A stretch of 64,000 nt of DNA from Octopus sinensis (lineage: Eukaryota): NCBI RefSeq assembly GCF_006345805.1, contig NC_043020.1, forward strand, positions 29,884,001 to 29,948,000, in the 5' to 3' direction. A program made the translations under genes and the position numbers. This document shows positions 62,998 to 64,000 of the stretch, in pieces (the first letter of the stretch is position 1; every line of letters starts with the position of its first letter). The notes below the pieces were generated by a model. It was not told the origin of the DNA. It was given only the letters and a program-made list of their open reading frames with translations, and did not search any database.

Positions 62998-63425
62998 GGC
63001 GCAAGAGTGGCTGCGTGGTAAGTAGCTTGCTTACCAACCACATGGTTCCCGGTTCAGTCCTTCTGCTTGGCACCTTGGGCTAGTGTCCTCTACTATAGCC
63101 TCGGGTTGACCGAATCCCTGTGAGTGGATTTGGTAGACGGAAACCGAAAGAAGTCCGGCGTATACATACATATATATATGTGTGTGTGAGAGTGTGTGCG
63201 TATATGTATGTATGTGTGTATGTATGTGTGACTGTTTGTCCCCCACCACCATCGCTTGACAACTGATGCTGGTGTGTTTACGTCCCCGTAACTTAGCGTT
63301 TCGCAAAAGAGTCCGATAGAATAAGTACCAGGTTTACAAAGAATAAGTCCTGGCGTCGATTTGCTCGACTAAAGTCGGTGCTCCAGCATGGCCGCAGTCA
63401 GATGACTGAAACAGGTAAAAGAAAT
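62998..63425 (+). mobile_element. Second tRNA-head SINE family
   Basis: A-box-like tggctgcgtgg, B-box-like ggttcagtcc, body gcaccttgggc..tatagcctcggg..gtgagtggatttggtagacggaaac; related copies at about 13440-13600, 15945-16100, 19290-19435(-), 27090-27225(-), 42620-42790(-) and 51794-51960. Confidence 0.8.
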
Positions 63426-63791
63426 AAGTATTGAAAAAATACGCTCAAAGCGGAACAAGTCAGAAATGTGACGGGATTTTCTTGGGAGCATCGTGTGTGT
63501 GTGTGTGTGTATGTGTTTCAGTACGTGTATGTGTGTGTTTGAGTGCGTGTATGTGTGTGTGTGTGTGTTTGAGTACGTGTATGTGTGTGTGTGTGTGTTT
63601 GAGTACGTGTATGTGTGTGTGTGAATGTGTTTGTGTGTTTATGCGCGTGTATATGCGTGTGTTTGAGTACGTGTGTGTGTTGGAGTACGTTTATGTCTAT
63701 ATATGTACGTGATGTATTTTGAAAACTTTTACATTGTGTACGTACGCACACACACAACACACACGTACACACTCACACACACACACACACA

Positions 63792-63853
<62 letters not shown>

Positions 63854-64000
63854 AATACAACACAACACAACACAATCAGTCTGAATAGATAAGAGTCGAA
63901 ATCCTTTTCTTGTAAATTCATTCACGTTGAAAGAAAATCACGAGTCGAAATATTTGACGTTTGTCCCACTCGCCTTTCTTCCTCTTCAATATTCTTTGTC

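Overview
AT-rich, microsatellite- and SINE-dense animal genomic DNA; the repeat families look like those of an octopus/coleoid cephalopod (inference, no search run). The left half (to about 30.1 kb) holds one + strand gene, the complete coding region of eIF4G2 (DAP5/NAT1/p97). I assembled 23 coding exons by hand with consistent splice phases, giving 927-930 aa with MIF4G, MA3 and W2 domains. The gene has no usable AUG start: an in-frame TAA at 5793 is followed by a CUG in strong Kozak context at 5844 that aligns with the GUG start of vertebrate EIF4G2. It also has one GC-AG intron. The right half (about 32-64 kb) is intergenic, with no protein-coding gene I can support. It contains SINEs, LINE 3' remnants, a mariner, MITEs, very long microsatellites and unique motif-rich islands. 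The most striking element is at 48339-49051: a 349-bp unit with a 97-bp terminal redundancy joined head-to-head to an inverted partial copy. Each arm carries an intact minimal type I hammerhead ribozyme, and a 112-codon ORF covers almost the whole unit. It looks like a young retrozyme or Penelope-associated insertion derived from a circular RNA.
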